Part shown: in pieces, positions 23,297-31,937 of the stretch
How positions within the stretch are numbered: the first letter of the stretch is position 1
Layout of the letters: every line of letters begins with the position of its first letter
Origin: Sinorhizobium meliloti
GTDB lineage: Bacteria > Pseudomonadota > Alphaproteobacteria > Rhizobiales > Rhizobiaceae
Direction of reading: 5' to 3'
DNA: 32,000 bases
NCBI RefSeq assembly: GCF_017876815.1
Contig: NZ_JAGIOS010000002.1
Span: 1,020,001-1,052,000, forward strand
Made by a program: the position numbers and the translations under genes
The notes under the pieces: generated by a model
Database searches by the model: none
What the model was told of the DNA's origin: nothing
What the model saw: the letters and a program-made list of their open reading frames with translations, nothing else

Positions 23297-23315
23297 ATAT
23301 ACTTTTTGTATACTA
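23297..23315. promoter_or_regulatory. Operator candidate ATATAC-TTTTT-GTATACTA upstream of hypM
   Basis: ATAC-N5-GTAT lies at 23299-23311 and overlaps TTGTATACTA at 23306-23315. The site is about 90 nt upstream of ATG 23405 in the most AT-rich stretch of the window. Confidence 0.4.
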
Positions 23316-23404
23316 ATTGTATTTTTAAATTGATTTGTGCTCTCCGACGCGGAATAGTGCGCGCGCCGTCACACCGATCGGCCAACTCAAGGGAGAGAAC
23401 AATA

Positions 23405-24211
23405 ATGAAGACCTCGGTCCTCGCCTTCGGCCTCGTTGCCGCCACCGCTCTGACGAGCCCCGCCCATGCCGACAAGCTGGACGACATCATCGCTTCGGGA
23501 ACGCTGCGCTGCGCCGTGGTGCTCGACTTCCCGCCGATGGGTTCGCGCGACGAGAACAACGAACCGATCGGCTTCGACGTGGATTACTGCAACGATCTGG
23601 CCACGGCGCTCGGCGTCACCGCGGAGATCGTGGAGACGCCGTTTCCCGAGCGCATCCCGGCGCTGATGTCCGGCCGCGTCGATGTCGGTGTCGCCTCCAC
23701 CTCCGATACGCTCGAGCGTGCCAAGACCGTCGGCATGACGGTGCCTTACTTCGCCTTTGAAATGGCGGTAACCGCCAACGAGAAGTCCGGCATCAAGTCC
23801 TTCGAAGACATGAAGGGCAAGGTGGTCGGCGCCACCGCGGGCACCTATGAGGCGATCGCACTCGAAAACCAGGTCAAGGCCTGGGGCGAGGGCGAGTTCC
23901 GCCCCTATCAGACGCAGGCCGACGTTTTCCTGGCGCTGAGCCAGGGCCAGCTCGACGCCACCGTCTCTACCTCGACGGTCGCGCAGTCCAACGTCAAGGG
24001 CGGCAAGTTCCCCGGTATCTCCGTGGTCGACAAGGCGCCCTTCGACATCGACTACGTGGCCCTCTTCACTAACCGCGAGGAATACGGCTTCCTCAACTAC
24101 CTCAACCTGTTCGTCAATCAGCAGGTCCGCACCGGCCGCTATGCCGAACTCTACGAGAAGTGGGTCGGTGGCGAGGCTCCGTCCCTGGCGGTGAACGGCG
24201 TTTACCGTTGA
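23405..24211 (+). CDS. hypM: Polar amino acid (hydroxyproline) ABC transporter periplasmic substrate-binding protein, 268 aa
   Basis: It has a signal peptide, MKTSVLAFGLVAATALTSPAHA/DK, and family-3 SBP features (GFDVDYCNDLA). Confidence 0.88.
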   Translation: MKTSVLAFGLVAATALTSPAHADKLDDIIASGTLRCAVVLDFPPMGSRDENNEPIGFDVDYCNDLATALGVTAEIVETPFPERIPALMSGRVDVGVASTSDTLERAKTVGMTVPYFAFEMAVTANEKSGIKSFEDMKGKVVGATAGTYEAIALENQVKAWGEGEFRPYQTQADVFLALSQGQLDATVSTSTVAQSNVKGGKFPGISVVDKAPFDIDYVALFTNREEYGFLNYLNLFVNQQVRTGRYAELYEKWVGGEAPSLAVNGVYR

Positions 24212-24225
24212 TCCGAGGATCGTCT

Positions 24226-24251
24226 GACGGTGCGGGGCAACCCGCGCCGTC
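24226..24251 (+). other. Intercistronic stem-loop between the SBP and permease genes
   Basis: GACGGTGCGGG-GCAA-CCCGCGCCGTC forms an 11-bp stem (one G-U pair) with a GNRA-type tetraloop. It lies 15 nt after the hypM stop and 27 nt before the hypN ATG. Confidence 0.5.
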
Positions 24252-24277
24252 GCTGCATTCCGAGGGGTGAGACGGGA

Positions 24278-24943
24278 ATGTTCAACTACACCTTCCACTG
24301 GAACCAGGCGCTGAGGGCGCTGCCGCAGATGCTGGACGGCGCGGTGGTCACGCTGCAGGTCGCGGTGCTGTCGATGGTCATCGGCGTCGCCTGCGCGATC
24401 GCGCTCACCGTGTTCCGCCTGTCCGGCAGCCGTATCCTTGGCGGCATCGCCACGACCTGGGTCGAGGTCGCGCGAAACACGCCGGCGCTGTTCCAGATCT
24501 ACATGGCCCATTTCGGCCTCGGCAATTTCGGGATCCACCTGAGTCCCTATACGGCGCTTCTGGTCGGGATCGCCTTCAACAATGCGGGCTATCTTGCCGA
24601 GAATTTCCGCGGCGCGCTCAAGGCCATTCCGGATACGCAGGCCCGCGCTGGCCGGTCGCTCGGCATGACCTCGCTGCAGGCGTTCCGGCTGATCGTTCTG
24701 CCGCAGATGCTGCGCGTGGCCTTCCTGCCCGCGACGAACCAGATGGTCTGGGCGATCCTGATGACGTCGCTCGGCGTCACCGTCGGCATGAACACCGACC
24801 TTGCCGGCATCACGCAGGAACTGAATGCCCGCTCCTTCCGCACATTCGAATTCTTCGCGCTCGCTGCGGTGATCTACTACCTGATCGCCAAGGCGGTCAC
24901 GCTTGCAGCCCGGGCCTTCGCCTGGCGCATGTTCCGCTACTGA
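24278..24943 (+). CDS. hypN: Polar amino acid ABC transporter permease, 221 aa
   Basis: It is multi-TM and carries the EAA-loop region (ARAGRSLGMTSLQAFRLIVLPQ) of HisM/HisQ-type permeases. ATG 24278. Confidence 0.85.
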   Translation: MFNYTFHWNQALRALPQMLDGAVVTLQVAVLSMVIGVACAIALTVFRLSGSRILGGIATTWVEVARNTPALFQIYMAHFGLGNFGIHLSPYTALLVGIAFNNAGYLAENFRGALKAIPDTQARAGRSLGMTSLQAFRLIVLPQMLRVAFLPATNQMVWAILMTSLGVTVGMNTDLAGITQELNARSFRTFEFFALAAVIYYLIAKAVTLAARAFAWRMFRY

Positions 24944-24955
24944 GAGGGGTGAGAG

Positions 24956-25609
24956 ATGTTTGATACTGCCCTCACCTGGAACGATCTCGCCTTTCTTGCG
25001 CAAGGCGCCGGAATGACGCTGGCGGTAACCGCCGTCGCCGTCACCGCCGGCACCGTTCTCGGCATCCTCTTCGGAGTGATCCGGTTCCAGATCGGACCCT
25101 ATTGGTCGGCGCCGCTCACCTTGCTGCTCGACGTGTTTCGCTCGGTACCGCTCCTGATCCAGCTCGTGCTCGGCAATGCCTTCCAGTCGATCGCCAAGCT
25201 CGGCTGGGGCGCCTTCACGACCTCCGGCGTGGTGCTCTCGCTCTACACGGCGGCGTTCTGCGCGGAGATCGTGCGCGGCGGAATTTCATCGGTGCCGGTG
25301 ACGACCCGCCGTGCGGCGCGCTCCCTCGGCATGACCTGGTGGCAGGACATGCGCTACATCGTGGCGCCGCTTGCCACCCGGGTTTCGCTTCCGTCGTGGA
25401 TAGGCCTGACGCTCGGCGTGATGAAGGACTCCGCACTGGTGCTCTGGCTCGGCCTGGTCGAGCTCCTGCGTGCCTCGCAGATACTGGTCACGCGTCTGCA
25501 GGAGCCGCTCTTCATTCTGCTGATCTGCGGCGCCATCTACTTCCTCCTCAGCTTCCCCGTCGCCCGGCTTGGCGGGTATCTCGAAAAACGGTGGTCCCCC
25601 AATGATTGA
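24956..25609 (+). CDS. hypP: Polar amino acid ABC transporter permease, 217 aa
   Basis: It is multi-TM, with the EAA loop RRAARSLGMTWWQDMRYIVAPL. Confidence 0.85.
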   Translation: MFDTALTWNDLAFLAQGAGMTLAVTAVAVTAGTVLGILFGVIRFQIGPYWSAPLTLLLDVFRSVPLLIQLVLGNAFQSIAKLGWGAFTTSGVVLSLYTAAFCAEIVRGGISSVPVTTRRAARSLGMTWWQDMRYIVAPLATRVSLPSWIGLTLGVMKDSALVLWLGLVELLRASQILVTRLQEPLFILLICGAIYFLLSFPVARLGGYLEKRWSPND

Positions 25610-26324
25610 GATCGAAAACGTCCGCAAATCCTTCAGCTCTCTGGAGGTTCTCAAGGGTATCGACCTGACCGTCGAAAAGGGGGAGGTGGTCACCATCATC
25701 GGCGGCTCCGGCTCCGGCAAGTCGACGCTGCTCACCTGCATCAACGGGCTGGAGCCGATCGACTCCGGCCGGATCGTGATCGACGGGACCGATGTCCATG
25801 CCAAGGGCACCGATCTCAACAGGCTGCGCCGAAAGGTCGGGATCGTGTTCCAGCAATGGAACGCCTTCCCGCATCTGACCGTGCTCGAAAACGTCATGCT
25901 CGCCCCGCGCAAGGTGCTTGGCCTCCCGAAGGACAAGGCCGAGGAGATCGCGGTGAAGCAGTTGACCCATGTCGGTCTCGGCGAGAAGCTCAAGGTCTAT
26001 CCGAACCGCATGTCGGGCGGCCAGCAGCAGCGCATGGCGATCGCCCGGGCGCTTGCCATGTCGCCGGAATATATGCTGTTCGACGAGGTGACTTCGGCGC
26101 TCGATCCGATGCTGGTCGGCGAGGTGCTCGACACCCTCAAGATGCTGGCGGAAGAGGGAATGACGATGATCTGCGTTACCCACGAAATGACCTTTGCCCG
26201 CGACGTGTCGGATCGCGTGGCCTTCTTCCATCAGGGGATCATGGCCGAGATCGGTTCGCCCGATCAGATTTTCGCCTCGCCGCAGAACCCTGAAACGCAG
26301 AAGTTCCTGGCGAGCGTACGATAA
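25602..26324 (+). CDS. hypQ: ABC transporter ATP-binding protein, 240 aa
   Basis: ATG 25602 overlaps the permease stop (ATGATTGA). It has Walker A (GGSGSGKST), the signature MSGGQQQR and Walker B (MLFDEVTSALD). Confidence 0.9.
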   Translation: MIEIENVRKSFSSLEVLKGIDLTVEKGEVVTIIGGSGSGKSTLLTCINGLEPIDSGRIVIDGTDVHAKGTDLNRLRRKVGIVFQQWNAFPHLTVLENVMLAPRKVLGLPKDKAEEIAVKQLTHVGLGEKLKVYPNRMSGGQQQRMAIARALAMSPEYMLFDEVTSALDPMLVGEVLDTLKMLAEEGMTMICVTHEMTFARDVSDRVAFFHQGIMAEIGSPDQIFASPQNPETQKFLASVR

Positions 26325-27566
26325 ATGGCCGCACCGGACGTCATCGTGATCGGCGCGGGGGTCGTCGGCCTCACGGCTGCAATTGCCGCCGTGGCCAGCG
26401 GCCTGTCGGTCACCGTGCTCGACCGCGAGGGGCCGGCGGCCGGCGCCTCCGCCGGCAATGCCGGGGCATTCGCCTTCACAGATATCCTTCCGCTTGCCTC
26501 GCCCGGCATCCTCAAAAAGGCGCCGAAATGGCTCCTGGATCCGCTCGGGCCGCTGACCGTGCCGCCCGCCTATGCGCTGAAGATCGCGCCATGGATGTTC
26601 CGCTTCTGGCGGGCTTGTCAGCCGGGGCGCGTGGCGCATTCGACCGCGGCCCAGACCGCGCTGATGGACCTGTCGAAAGCGGAGCTCGAGCCGTTCCTCG
26701 GTGCGACCGGCACGGCGTCCATGCTGCGCAAGGAAGGCAACCTTCAGGTCTACGAGGGAGAGGCGGAATTCAAGGCATCGCTGGCCGGCTGGAAGGCGCG
26801 CGCGGATCACGGGATCGAGTTCCGCCATCTCGATGCCGCAGGCATTGCCGAGATCCAGCCGGGCCTGGCGGCGCGCTTCACCCACGCTACCTTCACGCCC
26901 GGCTGGTACTCGATCGCCGATCCGAAGCTCTACACGCTTGCGCTTGCCGATCATTTCCGCACGATCGGCGGGGTGATCGAGCGCGCGGAGGTCACGGCGC
27001 TGAAGCCCGTCGATGGCGGGGTCGAAGTCCTGAGCGCCGACGGCAGGAGGCGGCGGGCGGCGCAGGTGGTCCTCTCGGCGGGCGCTTTCTCGCACCGGGT
27101 TGCGCGCACGCTCGGCGAAAGCATTCCGCTCGAAACCGAGCGCGGATACAATACGACGCTTCCCGCCGACGCGTTCGACCTGCGGACGCAGATCACTTTC
27201 GGCGGCCATGGCTTCGTCGTGACACGGCTGTCGACCGGTATCCGGGTCGGCGGTGCGGTCGAACTCGGCGGGCTCGATCTGCCGCCGAACTTCCGCCGCT
27301 CGGAAGCGATGCTGAAGAAGGCGCAGGCCTTCCTGCCCGGTTTGAAACCGGAAGGCGGGGTGCAGTGGATGGGCTTCCGGCCGTCGCTGCCCGACAGCCT
27401 GCCGGCCATCGGCCGCGCCCGCGCGACGCCGCGGGTGATCTTCGCCTTCGGTCACGGCCATCTCGGGCTCACCCAATCGGCGGGCACCGCAAGGATCGTC
27501 GCCGATCTCTTGACCGGCCGGACTCCGGCCATCGACATTGCACCCTTTTCGCCGCAAAGATTCTGA
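26325..27566 (+). CDS. hypO: FAD-dependent (DAO-family) cis-4-hydroxy-D-proline dehydrogenase/oxidase, 413 aa
   Basis: It has DVIVIGAGVVGLTAAIA (GxGxxG) and the overall DadA/DAO-like layout. The ATG directly follows the hypQ TAA. Confidence 0.85.
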   Translation: MAAPDVIVIGAGVVGLTAAIAAVASGLSVTVLDREGPAAGASAGNAGAFAFTDILPLASPGILKKAPKWLLDPLGPLTVPPAYALKIAPWMFRFWRACQPGRVAHSTAAQTALMDLSKAELEPFLGATGTASMLRKEGNLQVYEGEAEFKASLAGWKARADHGIEFRHLDAAGIAEIQPGLAARFTHATFTPGWYSIADPKLYTLALADHFRTIGGVIERAEVTALKPVDGGVEVLSADGRRRRAAQVVLSAGAFSHRVARTLGESIPLETERGYNTTLPADAFDLRTQITFGGHGFVVTRLSTGIRVGGAVELGGLDLPPNFRRSEAMLKKAQAFLPGLKPEGGVQWMGFRPSLPDSLPAIGRARATPRVIFAFGHGHLGLTQSAGTARIVADLLTGRTPAIDIAPFSPQRF

Positions 27567-27580
27567 CAGAGGTTTCGACC

Positions 27581-28582
27581 ATGGCCACCCACACCTTCTC
27601 CTGCATCGACGGCCACACCTGCGGAAATCCCGTCCGCCTCGTTTCGGGCGGGGGCCCGCGTCTCGAAGGCGCGAACATGCTGGAAAAACGCGCGCATTTC
27701 CTGAAGGAATTCGACTGGATCCGCACCGGTCTCATGTTCGAGCCCCGCGGCCACGACATGATGTCGGGTTCGATCCTCTACCCGCCGACCCGGCCCGACT
27801 GCGACGTGGCGGTGCTCTTCATAGAGACCTCCGGCTGTCTGCCGATGTGCGGGCACGGCACCATCGGAACCATCACCATGGGCATCGAGAACGGCCTGAT
27901 CACCCCGCGCGAGCCCGGCAAGCTGTCGATCGATGCTCCCGCTGGCAAGGTGGACATCACCTACCGCCAGGAGGGCCGCTTCGTTGAGGAAGTGCGCCTT
28001 ACCAACGTGCCGAGCTTCCTTTATGCGGAAGGGCTGGCGGCGGAGGTCGAGGGGCTCGGCGAGATCGTGGTGGACGTCGCCTATGGCGGCAATTTCTACG
28101 CCATCGTCGAGCCGCAAAAGAACTTCCGCGACATGGCCGACCATACGGCGGGAGAACTGGTCGGCTGGAGCCCCAAGTTGAGGGCCGCGCTGAATGCCAA
28201 ATACGAGTTCGTCCATCCCGAGCACCCGGAGATCCGGGGCTTGAGCCACATCCAGTGGACGGGCAAGCCGACGCAGCCGGAGGCCCATGCCCGCAACGCG
28301 GTGTTCTACGGCGAGAAGGCCATCGACCGCTCGCCCTGCGGCACCGGCACGTCGGCCCGGATCGCACAGCTTGCCGCCAAGGGCAAGCTGAAGGTCGGCG
28401 ACGAATTCGTCCACGAGTCGATCATCGGATCGCTCTTCAAGGGGCGCGTCGAAGCGGCGGCGAAGGTCGCCGATCGCGACGCGATCATCCCGTCGATCGC
28501 CGGCTGGGCGCGGATGACCGGCATCAACACCATCTTCATCGATGACCGCGATCCCTTCGCCCACGGCTTCGTCGTAAGATGA
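27581..28582 (+). CDS. hypRE: 4-Hydroxyproline 2-epimerase (proline racemase superfamily, Cys/Cys catalytic pair), 333 aa
   Basis: Both catalytic cysteines are present: [10 protein letters not shown] and [11 protein letters not shown]. Confidence 0.9.
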   Translation: MATHTFSCIDGHTCGNPVRLVSGGGPRLEGANMLEKRAHFLKEFDWIRTGLMFEPRGHDMMSGSILYPPTRPDCDVAVLFIETSGCLPMCGHGTIGTITMGIENGLITPREPGKLSIDAPAGKVDITYRQEGRFVEEVRLTNVPSFLYAEGLAAEVEGLGEIVVDVAYGGNFYAIVEPQKNFRDMADHTAGELVGWSPKLRAALNAKYEFVHPEHPEIRGLSHIQWTGKPTQPEAHARNAVFYGEKAIDRSPCGTGTSARIAQLAAKGKLKVGDEFVHESIIGSLFKGRVEAAAKVADRDAIIPSIAGWARMTGINTIFIDDRDPFAHGFVVR

Positions 28583-30270
28583 GCGGCCTCGATCCTGCCC
28601 GCAGCATCCTTCAGGGGTCGGCCGAGGGCCCGGTCATAGCGACCGGGGAGGCGCTGAGTTTCTGGGGCGGGGTCGATCCCGCGACGGGCTGCGTGATCGA
28701 CGTGCACCACCCGCTGCATGGCGTCCCGCTCACCGGCTCCATCCTGATGATGCCGTCGAGCCGCGGCTCCTGTACGGGCTCGGGCGTGCTGCTCGATCTG
28801 GTGCTGACCGGCCGTGGCCCTGCCGCACTCGTATTTTCCGAACCGGAAGACGTGCTGACCCTCGGTGCGCTGATCGCCTCCGAGATGTTTGGCAAGCCGC
28901 TGCCGGTGCTGCGTCTTGCGCCGGAAGCCTTCGCGGCGCTCGCCCGTGCGAAGACGGCGCGGATCGGCGACAGGGCGATTGAAGCCGAGGGGCTGACGAT
29001 CCCCGTCGTTCCGCCGGCGACGGCCGCGCTCGACCTCACCGATGGCGACCGCGCCATGCTCGACGGAGCGGAAAGCGTCGCGGTTGCGCAGGCCATGCGC
29101 ATCATTTCGGCCATGGCGGCGCAGCAGGGGGCATTGGGTCTCGTGGATGTGACGCAGGCTCATATCGACGGCTGCATCTATGCCAGTCCCGCGAACCTCA
29201 CCTTTGCCGAGAAGATGGTGGAGATGGGCGCGAAGGTGCGGATCCCGGCGACGATGAACGCCATTTCCGTGGACCATGCCAATTGGCAGAGGCAAGGTGT
29301 GCCGCCGTCCTTCGGCGACCCTGCGGCGCGGCTCGCCGACGCCTATGTCCGCATGGGCTGCCGGCCGACCTTCACCTGTTCGCCCTATCTGCTCGACAGC
29401 GCGCCTGGAGCCGGCGAAGCCGTGGCCTGGGCGGAGTCCAATGCCGTGATCTTCGCCAACAGCGTGCTCGGTGCGCGGACGGCAAAGCACCCGGATTTCC
29501 TCGACCTTTGCATCGCGCTCACCGGACGCGCGCCGCTCTCCGGCGTCTATCTCGACGAACACCGCAAGGCACGGCGGATCATAGACGTCGAACTGCCCGC
29601 GGGCGCCGACGACGCTTTCTGGCCGTTGATCGGCTATCTCGCCGGGCGTGCGGCGCCAGATCGCATCCCGCTCATCCGCGGGCTCGCCCCGGCGGAGCCC
29701 TCGCGCGACGACTTGAAGGCGCTCTGCGCCGCCTTCGGCACCACTTCCGCCGCGCCGATGCTGCATGTGGAGGGCGTGACGCCGGAAGCCGGCGGTGCCG
29801 CGGCTGAGGACGCGGATCATGCGACCATTACCCGCGCCGAGCTGACGGCCGCTTGGTCCGCCCTGAACGAGGGTCCGGATGAAGTCGAACTCGTAGCGAT
29901 CGGCAGCCCGCACGCGTCCCTTGCCGAGTGTCGGGCGCTGGCCGAGGCGCTCGGCGGCCGCAAGCGGCATCCGGATGTGGCAGTGATCGTCACGGCCGGC
30001 CATGAGGTTATTGCGGAGGCGCGCGGCGAAGGCATTCTCGCCCGGCTTCAGGAGAGCGGCGTCCAGGTGCTGCCGGACCTCTGCTGGTGTTCGATCTCCG
30101 AGCCTGTGTTCCCGACCCGTACCCGGGCGGTCATGACCAATTCCGGCAAATATGCCCATTACGGTCCCGGTCTTTCAGGCCGCACAGTACGCTTCGGCAG
30201 CCTTGCCGATTGCGTCGCCGCGGCCTTGACGGGGCGCGTCCCGCCCCAGCTGCCGGACTGGCTTTCCTGA
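28579..30270 (+). CDS. Aconitase X (fused swivel DUF126-like N-domain plus DUF521-like catalytic domain); probable cis-3-hydroxy-L-proline dehydratase, 563 aa
   Basis: The first ~135 aa ([30 protein letters not shown]) match the AcnX small/swivel module. The remainder ([32 protein letters not shown]) matches the large catalytic module. There is an ATGA overlap with hypRE. Confidence 0.8.
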   Translation: MSGLDPARSILQGSAEGPVIATGEALSFWGGVDPATGCVIDVHHPLHGVPLTGSILMMPSSRGSCTGSGVLLDLVLTGRGPAALVFSEPEDVLTLGALIASEMFGKPLPVLRLAPEAFAALARAKTARIGDRAIEAEGLTIPVVPPATAALDLTDGDRAMLDGAESVAVAQAMRIISAMAAQQGALGLVDVTQAHIDGCIYASPANLTFAEKMVEMGAKVRIPATMNAISVDHANWQRQGVPPSFGDPAARLADAYVRMGCRPTFTCSPYLLDSAPGAGEAVAWAESNAVIFANSVLGARTAKHPDFLDLCIALTGRAPLSGVYLDEHRKARRIIDVELPAGADDAFWPLIGYLAGRAAPDRIPLIRGLAPAEPSRDDLKALCAAFGTTSAAPMLHVEGVTPEAGGAAAEDADHATITRAELTAAWSALNEGPDEVELVAIGSPHASLAECRALAEALGGRKRHPDVAVIVTAGHEVIAEARGEGILARLQESGVQVLPDLCWCSISEPVFPTRTRAVMTNSGKYAHYGPGLSGRTVRFGSLADCVAAALTGRVPPQLPDWLS

Positions 30271-30321
30271 GGCGCGGCGGACGTTCGTAACCGCGCTGGC
30301 TTTTGAAACGAGGAGTTCGCG

Positions 30322-31350
30322 ATGCGCAGCACCAAGACCATTCATGTCATTTCAGCCCATGCCGAGGGTGAAGTGGGCGACGTGATCGTCGGCGGTGTCG
30401 CGCCTCCGCCGGGCGATACGATCTGGGAGCAGAGCCGCTGGATCGCCCGCGAACAGACCCTGCGCAACTTCGTCCTGAACGAGCCGCGCGGCGGCGTCTT
30501 CCGCCATGTCAATCTCCTGGTGCCGCCCAAGCATCCCGACGCGGATGCTGCCTTCATCATCATGGAGCCGGAAGATACGCCGCCCATGTCCGGCTCCAAC
30601 TCGATCTGCGTTTCAACCGTGCTGCTCGACAGCGGCATCCTGCCGATGAAGGAGCCGGTGACGGAGATCACGCTCGAAGCGCCCGGCGGTCTCGTTCGCG
30701 TGCGCGCGGAGTGCCGTGACGGCAAGGCCGAACGCATCTTCGTCGAGAACCTGCCGAGCTTTGCCGAGCGGCTGGACGCGAAGCTGGAGGTCGAGGGGCT
30801 CGGGACACTCACAGTCGACACCGCCTATGGCGGCGACAGTTTCGTGATCGTGGATGCTGCCGCAATGGGCTTCGCCCTGAAGCCGGACGAGGCGCACGAC
30901 ATCGCCCGGCTCGGCGTGAGGATCACCAATGCGGCAAATGCCAAGCTCGGTTTCCATCATCCGGAAAACCCCGACTGGCGGCATTTCTCCTTCTGCCTCT
31001 TTGCCGGTCCCGTGGAGCGCACGGCGGAAGGCCTGCGGGCGGGTGCTGCAGTCGCGATCCAGCCGGGCAAGGTCGACCGTTCGCCGACCGGGACGGCACT
31101 CTCGGCACGCATGGCCGTGCTGCATGCGCGCGGCCAGATGGGGCTCTCGGACCGGCTGACGGCGGTTTCGCTGATCGGCTCCACCTTCTCCGGCCGCATC
31201 CTGGGCACCACCGAAATCGGCGGCCGGCCGGCCGTGCTGCCGGAAATCTCCGGCCGCGCCTGGATTACCGGCACCCATCAGCACATGCTCGACCCGTCGG
31301 ACCCCTGGCCCGAGGGCTACCGGCTGACCGACACGTGGGGTGCGCGCTGA
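30322..31350 (+). CDS. Proline racemase superfamily paralogue with Ser/Thr at the two catalytic positions; probable 3-hydroxyproline dehydratase-type enzyme, 342 aa
   Basis: GAGGAG lies 6 nt upstream of ATG 30322. [10 protein letters not shown] aligns with [10 protein letters not shown] of HypRE (Cys to Ser), and [11 protein letters not shown] aligns with [11 protein letters not shown] (Cys to Thr). Confidence 0.8.
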   Translation: MRSTKTIHVISAHAEGEVGDVIVGGVAPPPGDTIWEQSRWIAREQTLRNFVLNEPRGGVFRHVNLLVPPKHPDADAAFIIMEPEDTPPMSGSNSICVSTVLLDSGILPMKEPVTEITLEAPGGLVRVRAECRDGKAERIFVENLPSFAERLDAKLEVEGLGTLTVDTAYGGDSFVIVDAAAMGFALKPDEAHDIARLGVRITNAANAKLGFHHPENPDWRHFSFCLFAGPVERTAEGLRAGAAVAIQPGKVDRSPTGTALSARMAVLHARGQMGLSDRLTAVSLIGSTFSGRILGTTEIGGRPAVLPEISGRAWITGTHQHMLDPSDPWPEGYRLTDTWGAR

Positions 31351-31433
31351 GTGGATTGGCGGCGGGTGGAAATCGGGCGCGTTTTGCGTCATTCGAACTA
31401 TGATGAACGCATCACGACAGGAAGGAAAATCGG

Positions 31434-31865
31434 ATGAAGGCACGTATCAAATGGGTCGAAGGCAGGACCTTCGTCGGGGAATCCGGAAGCGGCCACAAGG
31501 TCGTGCTCGGCACGGCCACCGGCCCGGATAGCCCGACACCGGGACCGAGCCCCATGGAAATGGTGCTGATCGGCACCGGCGGCTGCTCGGCTTTCGACGT
31601 CGTCCACATCCTCGAGAAGGGCCGCGAGGCGGTCGAGGATTGCGTGGTCGAGATGGATGCCGATCGGGCGGATCAGGACCCACGCGTATTCACCCGTATC
31701 CACATGCATTTCATCGTCAAGGGCCGTGGTCTGGCCGCCAAGAAGGTCGAGCGCGCGGTTGCCCTCTCCATCGAGAAATATTGCTCCGCATCCGCGATGC
31801 TCGCAAAGACGGCGACCATCACGCATGATTTCGAGGTGGTCGACACGTCGGATACGGCGGCCTGA
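31434..31865 (+). CDS. OsmC/Ohr-family peroxiredoxin-like protein, 143 aa
   Basis: GGAAGGA lies upstream. It has the two conserved cysteine blocks, GGCSAFDVV and EKYCSAS. Confidence 0.85.
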   Translation: MKARIKWVEGRTFVGESGSGHKVVLGTATGPDSPTPGPSPMEMVLIGTGGCSAFDVVHILEKGREAVEDCVVEMDADRADQDPRVFTRIHMHFIVKGRGLAAKKVERAVALSIEKYCSASAMLAKTATITHDFEVVDTSDTAA

Positions 31866-31866
31866 C

Positions 31867-31882
31867 GGGGCGCCTCCGCCCC
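31867..31882 (+). terminator. Short GC hairpin immediately after the OsmC-family gene
   Basis: GGGGCG-CCTC-CGCCCC starts 2 nt after the stop. There is no clear U-tract. Confidence 0.3.
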
Positions 31883-31899
31883 TCATCCGCCTGCCGGCG

Positions 31900-31937
31900 C
31901 CTTCTCCCCGTTTCGACGCCGTTTCACGGGGAGAAGG
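31900..31937. repeat. Intergenic palindromic element (rhizobial REP/RIME-like): 11-bp perfect inverted repeat CCTTCTCCCCG ... CGGGGAGAAGG
   Basis: The perfect 11-bp arms are separated by 16 nt that contain a CCGTTTC direct duplication. The flanking GCCCCTCATCCGCCTGCCGGCGCC resembles sequence I recall as multi-copy in rhizobial intergenic regions. Only one copy lies in this window, so copy number is not verifiable here. Confidence 0.45.

Noticed and set aside
30272-30305. Weak hairpin GCGCGG-N13-CCGCGC followed by TGGCTTTTG after the aconitase X gene, considered as a terminator
   Set aside because: The stem is only 6 bp with a large loop and the T-run is short and offset. The downstream racemase-family gene has its own SD and is probably co-transcribed.
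31368-31392. Possible ECF-type promoter upstream of the OsmC-family gene (GGAAA-N17-CAT)
   Set aside because: The -35 element is GGAAA rather than GGAAC, and no GTT lies at the required spacing, so it does not meet the pattern shared by the five island promoters.
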